Assembly: GCF_006345805.1 (NCBI RefSeq)
Contig: NC_043002.1
Span: 119,970,001-120,034,000 of the forward strand
Length of the DNA stretch: 64,000 nucleotides
Direction of reading: 5' to 3'
Source: Octopus sinensis
Lineage: Eukaryota
Positions 1-14,648 of the stretch are shown here, one piece after another (the first letter of the stretch is position 1; each line of letters begins with the position of its first letter). Under the pieces are notes generated by a model, which had not been told where the DNA came from, did no database searches, and saw only the letters and a list, made by a program, of their open reading frames with translations. The translations under genes and the position numbers were made by a program.

Positions 1-1162
1 AATAACCTAAGGATAAGTGCTTATAATTTGGTCATTTATAAAAGTAGCACATTGCCAATGCAAGGCATACAAATATCAACATGGCATCTTTCAATCCCCA
101 CAGAGTGAATAATTTATTTGAGGAAAATAAGAGTCAAAAGCAGCGTTGCATACATTTCGGTGAACGATTCTCATTTATTTCATATTGCATACGAATTTAT
201 ACAATTCATGCAATAAAATTGTCCATTCACTGCTTCACACATTTTAGATTGAACCACAGTCAAGTTATGAAATAAGGGTTATGGCTGATAGGATAGTATA
301 TTAAGTAACTGATAGAATAAAATAATAATTATATTTTTTCCGTTTACCTTGTTGACACGCAAATGAAACGGTGAATATCCATCCGCATCATGGATTTATT
401 TCATAAGTTAATTGTAATTCAAATTAATATGAACGAAGAGCTGAATGAACACTGTAGTTATTACATGAATTGCATAGCTTTGTATGTAGTATGAAATATA
501 TAGAGTTTGTTCACCGAAACGTACGTAACGTTGATTTGACTTATGTCCTCAAAACAAGTGTATGTACGTTGTGTAATCACATGTGTGTGTGAGCGTGTGT
601 GTATGCGTATATGCGTGAGCATGTGTGTGTGTAATGTGTGCTTTTAGAATAAAAAATTGCGTACTATTGGAGCAAGAGAACAGAAATCAGGAACGGAGAA
701 GGCACATTATGCGCACCATACGCATTCAACGTATATATGTTTGTTGTTTCTGTCGTGACCATCCGATGTATCAAGATTAAATAGGGCTACATCTCTACTG
801 TGAGCATGCAGCATCTTAATGCTTGATTGGAGGCAGAGATGGATGCTATCTGGCGCAGATAAAACGTAGTGTTTTGTATTGATTGTGCATTTCTCTATAT
901 TCTGGTGGGTGTTACGGCGCAGCAGAGCAATATGATCTCGATCCAAATTCAAGACCTGTTTTACTGCATTTATATTCTTTGCATCCAAGTGCAGTATTTC
1001 GAACTATTTTTGTATGTATGCGTGTTTTTTTATGGTGATCGAAATTTACTTAGGCTATTTCTATAATAGTTTTCTAGACTGCAATTGCAGCGTGGAAGGT
1101 GTTTGTAAGCCATTTAAGAAACACACAAAAACCGTTCGATTCACTTCAACATTTAAGTTTAA

Positions 1163-1213
1163 TTTGTCAAAATATTTTCGTCGCTATAAGACCGCGAACT
1201 GTTCACTGACAAA
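1163..1213 (-). ncRNA. Second copy of the G3-C8 hammerhead-like motif (inverted arm)
   Basis: Reverse complement reads TTTGTCA GTGAACA G TTCGC..GCGAC GAAA ATATT T TGACAAA, with palindromic helix III (AATATT). Confidence 0.5.
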
Positions 1214-1222
1214 GCACGGATT

Positions 1223-1273
1223 TTTGTCAGTGAACAGGTCGCGGTCTTAAAGTGACGAAAACATTTTGACAAA
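1223..1273 (+). ncRNA. Minimal type I hammerhead ribozyme-like motif, G3-C8 core variant
   Basis: TTTGTCA [GTGAACA] G GTCGC-loop-GTGAC [GAAA] ACATT T TGACAAA: 7-bp helix I, 5-bp helix II, tiny helix III. Confidence 0.55.
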
Positions 1274-1449
1274 TTAAACTTAAATGTTGAAGTGAATCGA
1301 ACGTCTTTTGTGTGTTTCTTAAATGGCTTACAAACACCTTCCACGCTGCAATTGTTTTCGTTCCAGCACACGATCTCAGATCAAATCACTTGCTATGCAA
1401 GTACATCTCCGTAATTTTCTAGACTGATTCGGCATATAATTGTAAACGG

Positions 1450-3240
1450 CGTAAGAATTGGAACTTATAGCAACAAGACACTTTGCACCTTTCATTTTTA
1501 ATGCTTTCGTTTCGTTGCGGTGATTATCTCTGGGTACAGTCTTTGTGTTTCTTTTGATATGAATGAAGAACTATTTGCATTCCTTGTCTTTCATATCTTT
1601 TGTGAATATTGCAGAAATATAGTAATTCATAGTACTCTTGTCTTTAAAATGTGGTACCAGTTTTTAATGTACCATTTTACTGTATTTTGTTTATTTTAAT
1701 ATATTTTACTCGTGCAAAGCATGTTGTTGTTATAACTTCTGGTTTGCCTTCCTTTATTTATTGGGAGAAACGGGTGGGGATGACGGATTAACTAATACGT
1801 TTCATGGAAAGGAGAGTCAAATCCTAACCAATTTGAATGTGACAGTTCTTGCTTTTGTATTTCTCTGTCACTTGTTTTGGTGTGGTTAATTTTAAAAAAT
1901 ACTTGTTGTTTTAGTGTTGGAGTGAGGCTTTTGGGAGTTATCAATAAATCAAATTAAGTAGTGTTTTCCTGTTTTTGTGTGGTATTTGCTGACTTTTGTT
2001 TCTCTGTGGTATATCTTTTCTGCTATGTCTTTATTTATTTACTTGCTGTCGAGTCGTGTTTCTGTGTACAGTGACATTGATTCGGTGGTGAGAATATGGA
2101 GTCATTTCTAGATTTTATCAGAATGGTTTTTATTTCAGCAGTTATATCAGTTTGATCTAGCCTTTGTGTTTAATACTAGATTATGTGATTTAGGAACTGT
2201 ATATGAATACCTTATTAGGTGCACGTATTTCAAGATCTATGTTGGAGTCTGTGTCGTTGAGCTCTGGGAAGTTTATAGGATTTAGATTTAGTAGTGTTTC
2301 TACTGCTTTTCTAATGAGCTTGAAAATGCTTTTTATTTTACTAGACTTGTACGGCCGCTTTGTGAGAATGATAGATAGCTGATCAGAGAAGAGGTATGAA
2401 ATCGTTTACCATGTGATTGATTCAAATGCCTATATTTGTGGAGAAGAAACTGATGTCTAGAAAATAGTCTTGTTGTTAGCTTATGCGATACTTGGATGTA
2501 ATTTTGTGGATTGTTTGAGGTATGAAAAGAGTATCGTTTTGATCTCTTGTGTCGCCCGTAGTTAGTTCTTTTGAAAATTTCCCGACTGATGTTTGTTATA
2601 ATTTTATTAAAGTTTCATAGATAAAATGTGTAAAATTGGTGAAGTGGTTGATGTATTTGAACGAAATATGTATGTATTCTTGAGTCAACTGAATTTATTT
2701 CAATGTCGTGAACTTTTAATGTACAATAATAGTTTGTGGTATCTGTGTGTTATGAGTGTGAATATTATGCATGTTATGAGGTCTTCACGGTAGGTTGGCC
2801 TGTGCACCTTTATCTGTATATTTGAGGATTTTAGGCGTTCTTTACTGAATCCGCATTTACTTCACTTCTCCCTTCCTGTTCTATCTATTATTGAGATCAT
2901 GTTTAGTGTTCTGTGGTGCGTTGTATTTGTTTCCCTTCTATGAGTGCATACCATGTGCGTTTAGATTTTTTTTCATGTTTTTACCTGATGTCACTTTGCA
3001 ATCTTGGGTGTTTTACGTAAAGGCATGTAGTTGGTATTTAAGATACGTTGCAAGTATGAGAATGACTTTAGATGTTTTCTTCCATTTGTTTAACTGTGTG
3101 TCAGTATAGTGTTGGAAGTGTTCGTACCGAAATATTTTGTTTCTCGTTTCGTGCAGATCTGTCACTTTTATATTGACATTTAACCGTATGGATTCTTAAT
3201 GTTTGGCTACAATAGAATTCTGTGATGGATATTTCCCTTC
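1450..3240 (-). mobile_element. Highly decayed LINE, probably APE-endonuclease region
   Basis: Strong T-rich plus-strand skew; minus-strand fragments resembling APE motifs in the expected order (LHET, NLNAH, RPTYR); many stops and frameshifts. Confidence 0.35.
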
Positions 3241-3263
3241 AATTCTAGCATATATATAAGTAC

Positions 3264-3317
<54 letters not shown>

Positions 3318-3329
3318 TATATATATTCG

Positions 3330-3922
3330 TTCATGACTAAATAATGCAGTAATATAAAAGTCATCCATATATCCAATTTAAAGATGTCATAGTGACTTTG
3401 TCCACAGTTCTTTATCTTCTCATCATAGCATCTCTTTTGCGATGCCATCTTACCCAGGAGCTTTAATTGTTTTCTTCGATTGGAGGGAATACTTAATTTC
3501 ATTGATCAGATTAGGCGGCACTTCTTCCAGCATTTTTGGTCGTGATTTAAAAAGCTTAGTGTAGAAATATTTTTATAGTTGATCCGTCCCGCTTTTCTCC
3601 GTCACCGTGAATCTATTCTTGTTTTTAAGCGCCGTCACCCTGCGTCTTTATAAACTTTTTTCTCTCCTATGCAGCCCCATCTATTTCTTCAGTCATTTAT
3701 CGAAGTTATTTCTTAGATGTTACCTGATTACTTTGCAGAGAACGGAATACTTGATGTGCTCTTTCACGTTACTCTTAGTTTTGCGTTTCTCTAGAATTTT
3801 ACCCCTTTTCGTGATTCAACGATTAGGCTCCGGCTGGCTTGCAAGTTTTTGCTTTCCATATGCAGCTCTTAATTTCCTGGGCCAGCAAACAGAAGTCCTT
3901 ATTGAGCTCTTCAAGTTGACTC
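3330..3922 (-). mobile_element. RTE-clade LINE, inverted 5' segment (pre-RT region)
   Basis: Minus-strand peptides YSVLCKVIR, YFYTKLF, NEIKYSLQSKKTIKAPGKDGIAKEML, typical of the region just upstream of the LINE RT. Confidence 0.65.
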
Positions 3923-4445
3923 CAAATATGCACAAAGATATGGAAGCTTAAATCTCAAAGAGAATAAGTGCAGGATGGAAGGCGTTTAACTCAATAAAGG
4001 ATGTGCTCAAACCAAAGCTAGACTATACCTTACGGGACAAACTCTTCAATAGTACCGTCCTACGAAGAAGATAGAACATGGATTGGCTACGACGCAAAGG
4101 GCCGTGAGAGGGCCCATGCGAGTAAAACCTTAACGAGAGCATATTCGGAATGAAATAATTCTAGAAACGGACAGAGTGAACGATGAGATCACTGAATACT
4201 GAAAGCACAAGTTTCGTTGGATCGGACATGTCGCAAGACAGACAGCAGGTGGACCAGTGCAGTTGCCGAACTGTATCCAACAGATTAGAAAAGGCCTCTT
4301 GAAAAGTTACCACGAAGATGGTAAAACGACTTAGTTAAGCCATTTGGGTTAAGATGGAAAAGAATGGCACAATCAAGATAGAATTGGAGGTGCATTGTGA
4401 CCAGCGTTGTGTATCAGTATCTGATGTCCGGTCGATACTGTGATA
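3923..4445 (+). mobile_element. RTE-clade LINE 3' end (decayed)
   Basis: Peptides ISKRISAGWKAFNSIKDVL, KLFNSTVL, EHIRNE, KFRWIGHVAR, RWTSAV, PRRW with in-frame stops; short 3' tail. Confidence 0.8.
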
Positions 4446-4870
4446 TACTGCTGGTCACAATGCACTTCCAATGCCACCCTTCCTACATTCCCCCACCCAA
4501 CAATCTGACCGATTTCTAATCGCTACGTGGTCTATTTCTTGTTCTTTTGTGGTCAATTTTCCGTTCGCCATGCAATATTTTCCCACTGAATGTGACCCAT
4601 ACACTAGTATCAAACTACGACACCGCGTGACCTTCCTCGACCAATCGCAGCCCACCTTATGTTAATAACTTCTGTCATTCAAATTCAAAATGGGTGACGG
4701 CTAGCATCACGCTTGAAACTCAAGAATACCAACGAATTTGAATCAAACTGTTTTGATTCATACATGTAACTCCTAATAAATTGGTTGAGTGCTCCTCTTT
4801 CGTTTCTCAACTCACTCACTCATCTATCTATCTATCTATCTATCTCTTTCGTTTCTCAACTCACTCACTC

Positions 4871-6241
<1,371 letters not shown>

Positions 6242-6293
6242 ATCCATCATCTATCTATCTATCTATCTATCTATATCTATCTATCTATCTATC

Positions 6294-6375
<82 letters not shown>

Positions 6376-6404
6376 ATCTATCTATCTATATATATATATA
6401 TATC

Positions 6405-6459
<55 letters not shown>

Positions 6460-6461
6460 TT

Positions 6462-6815
6462 CGTGGCACTCCGTCGGCTACAATGACATGGGTTCCAGTT
6501 GAAGCGATCAACGGTACAGCCTGCTCGTGAAATTAACGTGCAAGTGGCTGAGCACTGAACAGACGCGTGTTCCCTTAACGTAGTTTTCGGGGCGATTCGG
6601 CGTGACACAGAGTGTGACAAAACATGCCATTTGAAATACAGGTGCAACTGAAACAGGAAGAAAGAGTGAGATAAAGTTGTGGTGAAAGAATTCAACGGGG
6701 TTCACCACCATCCTCTGCCGGAGCCACGTGAAGCTTTAGGTGTTTTCGCTCAATGAACACTCAACGGCCGGTCTGGAAATTGTAACCGCGATCCTATGAC
6801 TGCTACCCTAACCAC
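6462..6815 (-). mobile_element. tRNA-headed SINE (family B)
   Basis: 3' body shared with the 44741-45038 copy; degenerate A/B-box head at the right end. Confidence 0.7.
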
Positions 6816-6816
6816 T

Positions 6817-6922
6817 GTTGATTGCAGCCATGCTGGAGCACCGCCTTTAGTCGAGCAAATCGACCCCAGGACTTATTCCTTGTAAGTCTAGTGCTTATAC
6901 TATTGGTCTCTTCTGCTAAGTT
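6817..6922 (-). mobile_element. SINE family A, 3' fragment
   Basis: GCCATGCTGGAGCACCGCCTTTAGTCGAGCAAATCGACCCC matches the 3' part of the full copies. Confidence 0.75.
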
Positions 6923-6949
6923 ATATATATATATATATATATATATATA

Positions 6950-7162
6950 CCCACAATTGAGGGTAAAATTAATTTGTTATTAATCAATTTCACCAAGTAG
7001 TGTTCAGTATGTAAAAGGACCATTTAAGGCGAATTCAAAATATTATATTATATAATTAGGGCTTAGTAAAGTAAATTACTTTGCCACATACTAGAAAGTT
7101 CAGTATGTGGCAAAGTAATTTACTTTACTAAGCCCTAATTATATAATATAATATTTTGAATT
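6950..7162. mobile_element. Truncated hairpin copy of the 55.9-56.7 kb hammerhead element family
   Basis: Shares CAATTGAGGGTAAAATT...AAGGCGAATTCAAAA...AGGGCTTAGTAAA...TTGCCACATACT with 55939-56660; inverted arms ~7031-7092 / 7102-7162; in (TA)n. Confidence 0.75.
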
Positions 7163-7622
7163 ATATATATATATATATATAATATATATATATATTAGAA
7201 GAAATGAGGTAATCAGAAGATCGGATGGTTTATATTTACAGATATTTATTTATATATTACATTTTTTACATATATATCATATCACTTAGATCATTAACGC
7301 TTTCTCCCATTCTAGTGGGGTTTTCAAATCAAAATAAGTTGTATATATATATATATATACAGTGGAGCTTTATTTTCAAGTAATACATCAACATTGCAAT
7401 TAGGCCCCTGGAAGCATATTTGATAATAATTTTGCAGACAGAAATTCATCCATGGATCGTGGACCATGGTAGCAAAGATGTAACTTTTGTCGCCGCTGCC
7501 GTTTAACCCTACACTAACCTGAACATACAGAACTACGACCAATGGCATTCATTTCAGTCGTAACCTAATCTATATTTCTATGGATAAAAAGGATATTTTT
7601 AAGATGAAATGCTGTGTGCATA

Positions 7623-8021
7623 TCTTTATATATAAAAGTGAGGTTGTGAGCTGTCTGTCTCCTACGATTTAGATTCCTAACTACTCCCACATTTTGCGGT
7701 GCAGTTTAACCAAAACCGGGTATCTTATAGTCGTGATTCATATCGAGCCCTTCTGGGTATTAGCGCGCGTCTACGATGAGTCTACGATTAAAAAAAAAAT
7801 TACTATCATTTTTTCCCAATTTTTAATGCATTTATGGCATATATAAGGGAAGTAACTCTCTAAAAATTTATTATTAAATCTCAGAACGTAAAAAGCTACA
7901 GTAACACCCCCCCCTCTTTGTGGTTAGCCATATTGAGATGGCTATTATACTTTACATCTCTAAAAATGCTTATATTGTTATTTCCCTTACAAACCCGAGC
8001 AACGCCGGGCGATACTGCTAG
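7623..8021 (+). mobile_element. Non-autonomous Helitron
   Basis: 5' A|TC start, GTCT microsatellite, 3' hairpin CCCGAGCAACGCCGGG then CTAG|T; homologous to 28848-29178 and 45519-46031. Confidence 0.8.
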
Positions 8022-9391
8022 TTTAAGATGAAATGCTGTGTGCATATTTAAGGGAGACTTAGCAACAGTTCAAGCGACCAAGTACAAATTCATTCGGTTG
8101 TTCCAGAAGTGATATCCTTTCGAATTTATGTTGGCATACTGAAAGCTCAGATTGCTATCATTGTTGTTATTTTATTACAGTACAAAAACAAATGTGTCTA
8201 TTAGATAGTCGATGCATTTAATTCAATGTTTTGTTAAATTTAGGATCTTGACGTGTTTGAGCCGACTTTTATCTCTCCAGGCCCCAAAACATTAAACTGT
8301 ATTATACATTAGCGGTTCATTGACAATAGTATTTATCTTATGCTAGCCCAATTCATCTTAGATATATAATATAATAATTGCCTTAGGAGTTCTTTCCAAG
8401 TTTACTTTTCTCAATTGGCGAAACAATTTCTCTAATTTCTGTCTTCAAGATATTATGTAAATTGTATTTGTAGCAGATGCGTCTGATAAAACATTCGACA
8501 ACTCAATATCACTATGGCTGGCCTACTTTCTAGGAATTTATTGCAATAATTGGTAGGGAAAAAAGGATATAGACTGTGTGCTAAATTATTTATGTAGCTT
8601 TTCTAATACAAACATTAATGAAATGAAGCCTGATTGATTCTCTCTGACAAGAAATCTTCCATTTACCATGGTTTAAAAATGTAAATTGCTTGTGTGATAA
8701 TTGTAAGGAAATCTCTTTTTGAAACAAAGAAACAGCAAGAAAAAAATTGCTTTCTGGAGTCAAGGTTAGTCTTGAGTTACTAACACTTGGTGAACTTCTA
8801 GAACAAATTTTATCGGTTTCTGTCAGCAGATATGCTTAATGGAATAACTTATGATTTCGATCGGCAATTTAATTTTACTTCCTGCTCCAGTAATAATATA
8901 AAATGATTTCTTTTAACAATTTAGCGAATTTCTAGCAAGGTCACCCACCACCTATACTCACTATCTATAATAATAAGAAGAATCAATATTTAAACAAATC
9001 AGAATTGTGTTGGTGTTGGAAAGTGATTGCTTGTTTATAGATAGTATGTGCGACTAGTACAACTTCCTCTTTAGAGGCAAATGTTTTCTCGGATTGTAAA
9101 CAACATAGGTTATGATGTTCTTGGGTTTCAGTTAAGAGTATGTAAAGCTCAGCTCAATAAACACGTGCTACGATAAAAATTGGAAGAGTATTTAACTCAT
9201 TTTTTAAAAAAATTATTGATTTGTTCATTTCGTGATTAAAATGGACAGTGACCCAAATAACAGACTCAGATTAATTCAAATATGGCTTATATACATGTGT
9301 GTGTATATGTACGTACAACACTATGACACACACGCGCACACATATTTATATATACATATATACATGTATATATGTGTATACACATATGTGC

Positions 9392-9433
<42 letters not shown>

Positions 9434-10177
9434 TATATATATGTATACACATATGTGCGTACATATATATATATATAAAAATTATATATATAGCCTAGGT
9501 CAAGTTAGCCTTGCGGAGATGAACTTGCACTAGACTGTTAGTAATTCTAGACTAACACACATAGATATAAGAGAATGTAAATAATATGCTCCTCCTGTTT
9601 CACCAATGCAAATTGAGATTGAAGTATACTGTTTGTCGTCTCTTGAACTTAACAATGCGTTATGGCTTTGGGACATGAGCAACATTAACTCGTATTTTCC
9701 CCTTCCTCGCAATTCTATTCTTTTTTTTTTTTGGTGCCAGCTTAATATTATACACTATTCTTGGAGCACTGTCATATCTGGTGCGTAAGCACTGGTTTAT
9801 GACCACTGAATTTTTTATTCGGATGAAAAAATGAAATCTGAATGGAATGTGTATTTTTGTAGAGCATATGTTAGATTTAATATTGAATATTTAATACTGA
9901 CAACGGCTGACAGCTGTTGAAAAAAGATGGATTTTATTTGTCTGGTCCGAAAATACAAACATATTGGATTTGCATAGAAAACATCTGTCGTAGAGAGTAG
10001 AGAGAGAAAGAGACTGAGAGAGAGAGAGAAAGAGAGAGAAAGGGAGGGGAAAATATAAAATTATATCAAGTTATCACGTGATAAATTGCGAACGAGACTA
10101 AGGAGTGCGCATTGTTCCGAATCTATATATAAAGTGGTCGATTTCTTCGGAATAGAAGAAAAAAGAGTGGCAGCAAC

Positions 10178-10692
<515 letters not shown>

Positions 10693-11220
10693 TTTTGTAG
10701 CCATAATAGTAGATCTAACTGTAGCTACGAAGGCAGTTACGTTAAGTAAAATAACAGCGATATCGAACTCACAGCAAGAATATAAAAAATTCATCATCAA
10801 TCATAATACCGCCATTACTGAGGCAGTTGCAGAAGGAACAAACGAACAACAGTAAGAGAAATAACAATCAGCTCAGTAAATATCGAACAGAAATACAAAC
10901 GACTTCTCATAAAGTTCTGGCATTTTTAAGTGCATATTTTATTCGGATATGTTTTGCCATGTAAACAGTGGCAGGTAATCGCAGTTTGATTGCGATGGAC
11001 AACTATTGATTTCGCTCCATCAGTAATATCCATTTATGTCGAAAAATAGAAACCATTAAGTTTCAAAATCTACGGACATATTGCCTAAAAGTTACCAATA
11101 TACGCTTGTGAAATAATGAAGAATTAGGTTCTTTTCAAACTTTTAACTTTAACTGTGTTTTCATTTTCAGGCTTTTTTATTCAACTTGGCTACCAAATCT
11201 TTATCTATCTACCTATCTAA

Positions 11221-11316
<96 letters not shown>

Positions 11317-11349
11317 ATATCTATCTATCTATCCATCTATATCTATATC

Positions 11350-11383
<34 letters not shown>

Positions 11384-11550
11384 TATATATATACACACAC
11401 ACACATATATATATATATTCTTTTGATTTCTCAATTCAATTATTTCTAGTTTATATCTTTGAGAAGTATTTATGTTATCTCGTTCGCTCCATTATTCATT
11501 TCTTTCTTCATCTCTTTATCAGTATTTTCTCACTCATCTACTCTCACTTC

Positions 11551-11588
<38 letters not shown>

Positions 11589-11984
11589 TCACTCCCATTA
11601 TCTTTTCGTCGATTACTCTCTGGACAATTATGGTCTTTTTCCATCTGCTTTTATTTCTCTTTACATGTCCCAATTCTTTCATTCCATCTCAGTTTCTCTC
11701 ACAGCATGCCACATCTTATGCTCTCCTCACATTTATATACATATACATATATTTACACATATACACTCACATACATACACATATGTATGATGGATGTCAC
11801 ACGTGACCGAGGAAGACTGCAACTGTCCATTAAGTGTATTATGCACTCAAGCAAATTTATAATTTACACTTGTGACTAACGAGCCTGGCTCTTGATAATC
11901 ATAAATGTCTGCATACATACATACACACACGCACGCATACACATGTCCGAGCTCGCGCGCACACACACACTGACACACATGGTT

Positions 11985-12860
11985 GTTCCAGCCATTAGAT
12001 TGCAGCCTGGGGCACTGCCTTGAAGAACATTAGTCGAACGTATTGAGTCCCCCCCCGCCAGTACTTATTACTATTTTGTAGATCCTGGCATTTATCCATC
12101 GGGGTCTTTTTGCCAAACCACTAGTCACGTCACAACTTGCTGGGGCTGCTTGCTGGAGCCTAGCGGCAGGTATTTAAAGGGAAAAAATTTGTCAGTCAGT
12201 CACCGTCTGATTCTCGCTGACGCTACATCGAAGAGGCCAGGGAAGAGAAGAAAGAAGACATGCACTCAACACCGGGGGTGTCCGCCACGTCAAGACGGTA
12301 GAGAAGTAGGGGCCGTAACCGGACGTGGTTCCTCCTGATGATGTCTTGAGCTAACTGGATCCTATAAAGGAGCTGTTGTGGTAGCAGACCACGAAACACG
12401 GATGTAATTCCTCGAGATGGTAAACACACCATCACTGGTTGTCGAGCTAGGGAAGCGGGACAAACAATGACACAAAGACACACAGACATATGTGTATATA
12501 CATATATACGTCAGACTTCTCTCAGTTTCCTGTACCAATTCCACTAATAACGCAGGTTTTGGTCGGACCGAGATTATTGTAGAAGACACTTGCCCAAGGT
12601 ACAATACAATTAGAGTGAACATGGAATCATGTGATTGAGAAGCAAGCTTCTTTATTTTATCAAATTGGCCATGAAGGCCTTACAGAGAAGCAATGCGGGC
12701 TGGACATATACATTAATGAGATGAAAATGACAAATACGAATGATGTAAATGAGAAGGGTATTCGGCGCCCGCAGACCGAACACCCTTCGAAATCACAGGA
12801 TCTTTTATTACATAAAAATCAAAAAGTCAAACTTCTTACCACACAGCCACGCCTGCGCTT
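11985..12860 (-). mobile_element. Old SINE family A copy interrupted by two insertions (~12130-12415 and ~12651-12830)
   Basis: Collinear SINE blocks at 11985-12130, 12418-12650 and 12831-12860. Confidence 0.6.
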
Positions 12861-12952
12861 ATATATTATTGGATGTATTTAATATACCTTAATATATTAA
12901 TATATCATTGTAATATCTTATTGTAGGGTATATGTATATATATATATATAAA

Positions 12953-13113
12953 GTAAAGGTAAAGACCCCCTTCGGTCATGAATGACCATGGGATTGCACC
13001 TAGAAAGTTACCCTCCCAGGCACAAGTCCGGGCAAGGTTGTTTATGGAACACCAGCAGTCGCCCATGCATACCAGCCTCCCCTCTCCACGCCACCAGTGT
13101 TATCCAAGGGAAA
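12953..13113 (-). mobile_element. 3' end of a retroposon with short (TTTACC)-like tail
   Basis: GC-richer block between (TA)n tracts; minus strand ends ...GACCGAAGGGGGTCTTTACCTTTACTTT. Confidence 0.45.
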
Positions 13114-14590
13114 GACATATATATATATATATGTATGTATATAAATATATAAACCCCGTTCTTATCTCCCTCAAACTTCACTTACCGCTGTCAGCATTTG
13201 TTTATTTGCCTGTATATCTATCTTTGCTTTTCATTCTTTCTTCTCTCTGTTGTTACATACTCTCTCGTTCTTTTTATGTAACAGGTTCCAACCCCATTAC
13301 TCTTAACTTTTCTATACCTTCCTTTCTCTGTCTTCTTTCTATTTATTAATCTATCACTCATCGATGGCATTTTCATAACTGAAATATATACACGGTTTAT
13401 TTCGGGCATAACTCATTCACGTTCACACACAACTCTAATGTAGGCAAAGCGTCAGAAATGGCCACCAGGTTTACAAAAATTAATAATACAATACAAACGG
13501 CAAAACAAGGGAATTGTAGAGAACAACGCATAAAGACATCTCAGTCTAAAGCTGAATATGAAAAAGTCACGCGTCTGTCGGAGAAACGTGAACCAATTTG
13601 TGCCAATATTACTCGTGCAATAATCCTCTATTTTTTTTTCTTTTCTGTTCATGCTATATTTTATGATATTTTCTCAGTTTTCTACAATTAATTTACTTGT
13701 CTGCTGGCTAATACCAAGGTTTGATTGCTGATTTTGCTCAACATTAGAATGATACATGAATAAATCACAATTTCAAAGGGGTTAAATATTGATTTTTAGA
13801 GAAAGAAAAATGATAGTATATGATATTAATGTTATTCTAACAGCATTTATTCCAAACCAAGCCAAATTCATATGAAATGTTTCAAACAGGGATTCAAAAG
13901 CCGATATTGACTCTTCTTTTTGGATATTTATCACTATTGTACAGGAGTTTTGGTGAGTGTTTTAGTTAGCTATTAGGATCTTTTCTGTTTCCTTTAAAGA
14001 GACCGTGTACCTAATTTTAGTGAGAAGAAAGTTTCTATTGTAGTGATTATATAGTTTATATATAAAAAATATAATGGCTTTTAAGCGGGAACTGAAACCA
14101 ATGGACGTAAAACGAGGTATGTCATTCTCTAGAAGTGTGTCTGATATTATAAATCTTTAGAAACAACTTTTGTAAAAGCCATTTCAAATGAAGGTCCCAA
14201 GAAAAATGTGTTAGACAAAAATAGGGGCATATTCGATTAAAACCGATCCTAGAACATCATTGGTACTTAATTTACGCAACAGAAAGAAATGTCAAAATAA
14301 TGATTTTTTCATTCATTTTGATAGAACGTTTCTGAAAGGGAAAATGATTAGTAGGTCGAGTCGACTTTAACATACTTTCTATCTGTACTATCGACCACAA
14401 AAATTAGAAATTTCTTACGAAAGCAGATGTAAATGCGTTTTCGCGTTTGGGTAATCTCTCTCTCTCTCTCCCTCTCATTTTCTCTCTCTCTCTTTCCTTC
14501 ACACAACATATGCATATATACCTAGATCCATCTGTATATATATATATATGTGTGTGTGTGTGTATGTGTGTGTATGTGTATGCGTGTTTG

Positions 14591-14648
<58 letters not shown>

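Larger units (their letters stand above)
1082..1414. mobile_element. Non-coding hairpin insertion (Penelope-like pLTR or retrozyme-like) with 12-bp target-site duplication
   Basis: Inverted arms 1082-1213 / 1223-1354; flanked by direct repeat TTTTCTAGACTG at 1070-1081 and 1415-1426; each arm holds a hammerhead-like fold. Confidence 0.65.

Noticed and set aside
12330-12412. Hammerhead-like GTGGT-loop-ACCAC GAAA CA..TG TA on the plus strand
   Set aside because: No valid CUGANGA next to helix II; the minus strand (YRIQLAQDIIRRNHVRLRP) looks more like a decayed LTR-retrotransposon integrase C-terminus; unresolved
13458-13691. 77-aa ORF with natural-looking N-terminus
   Set aside because: No recognisable motif, degenerates into a T-run, and no convincing splice donor
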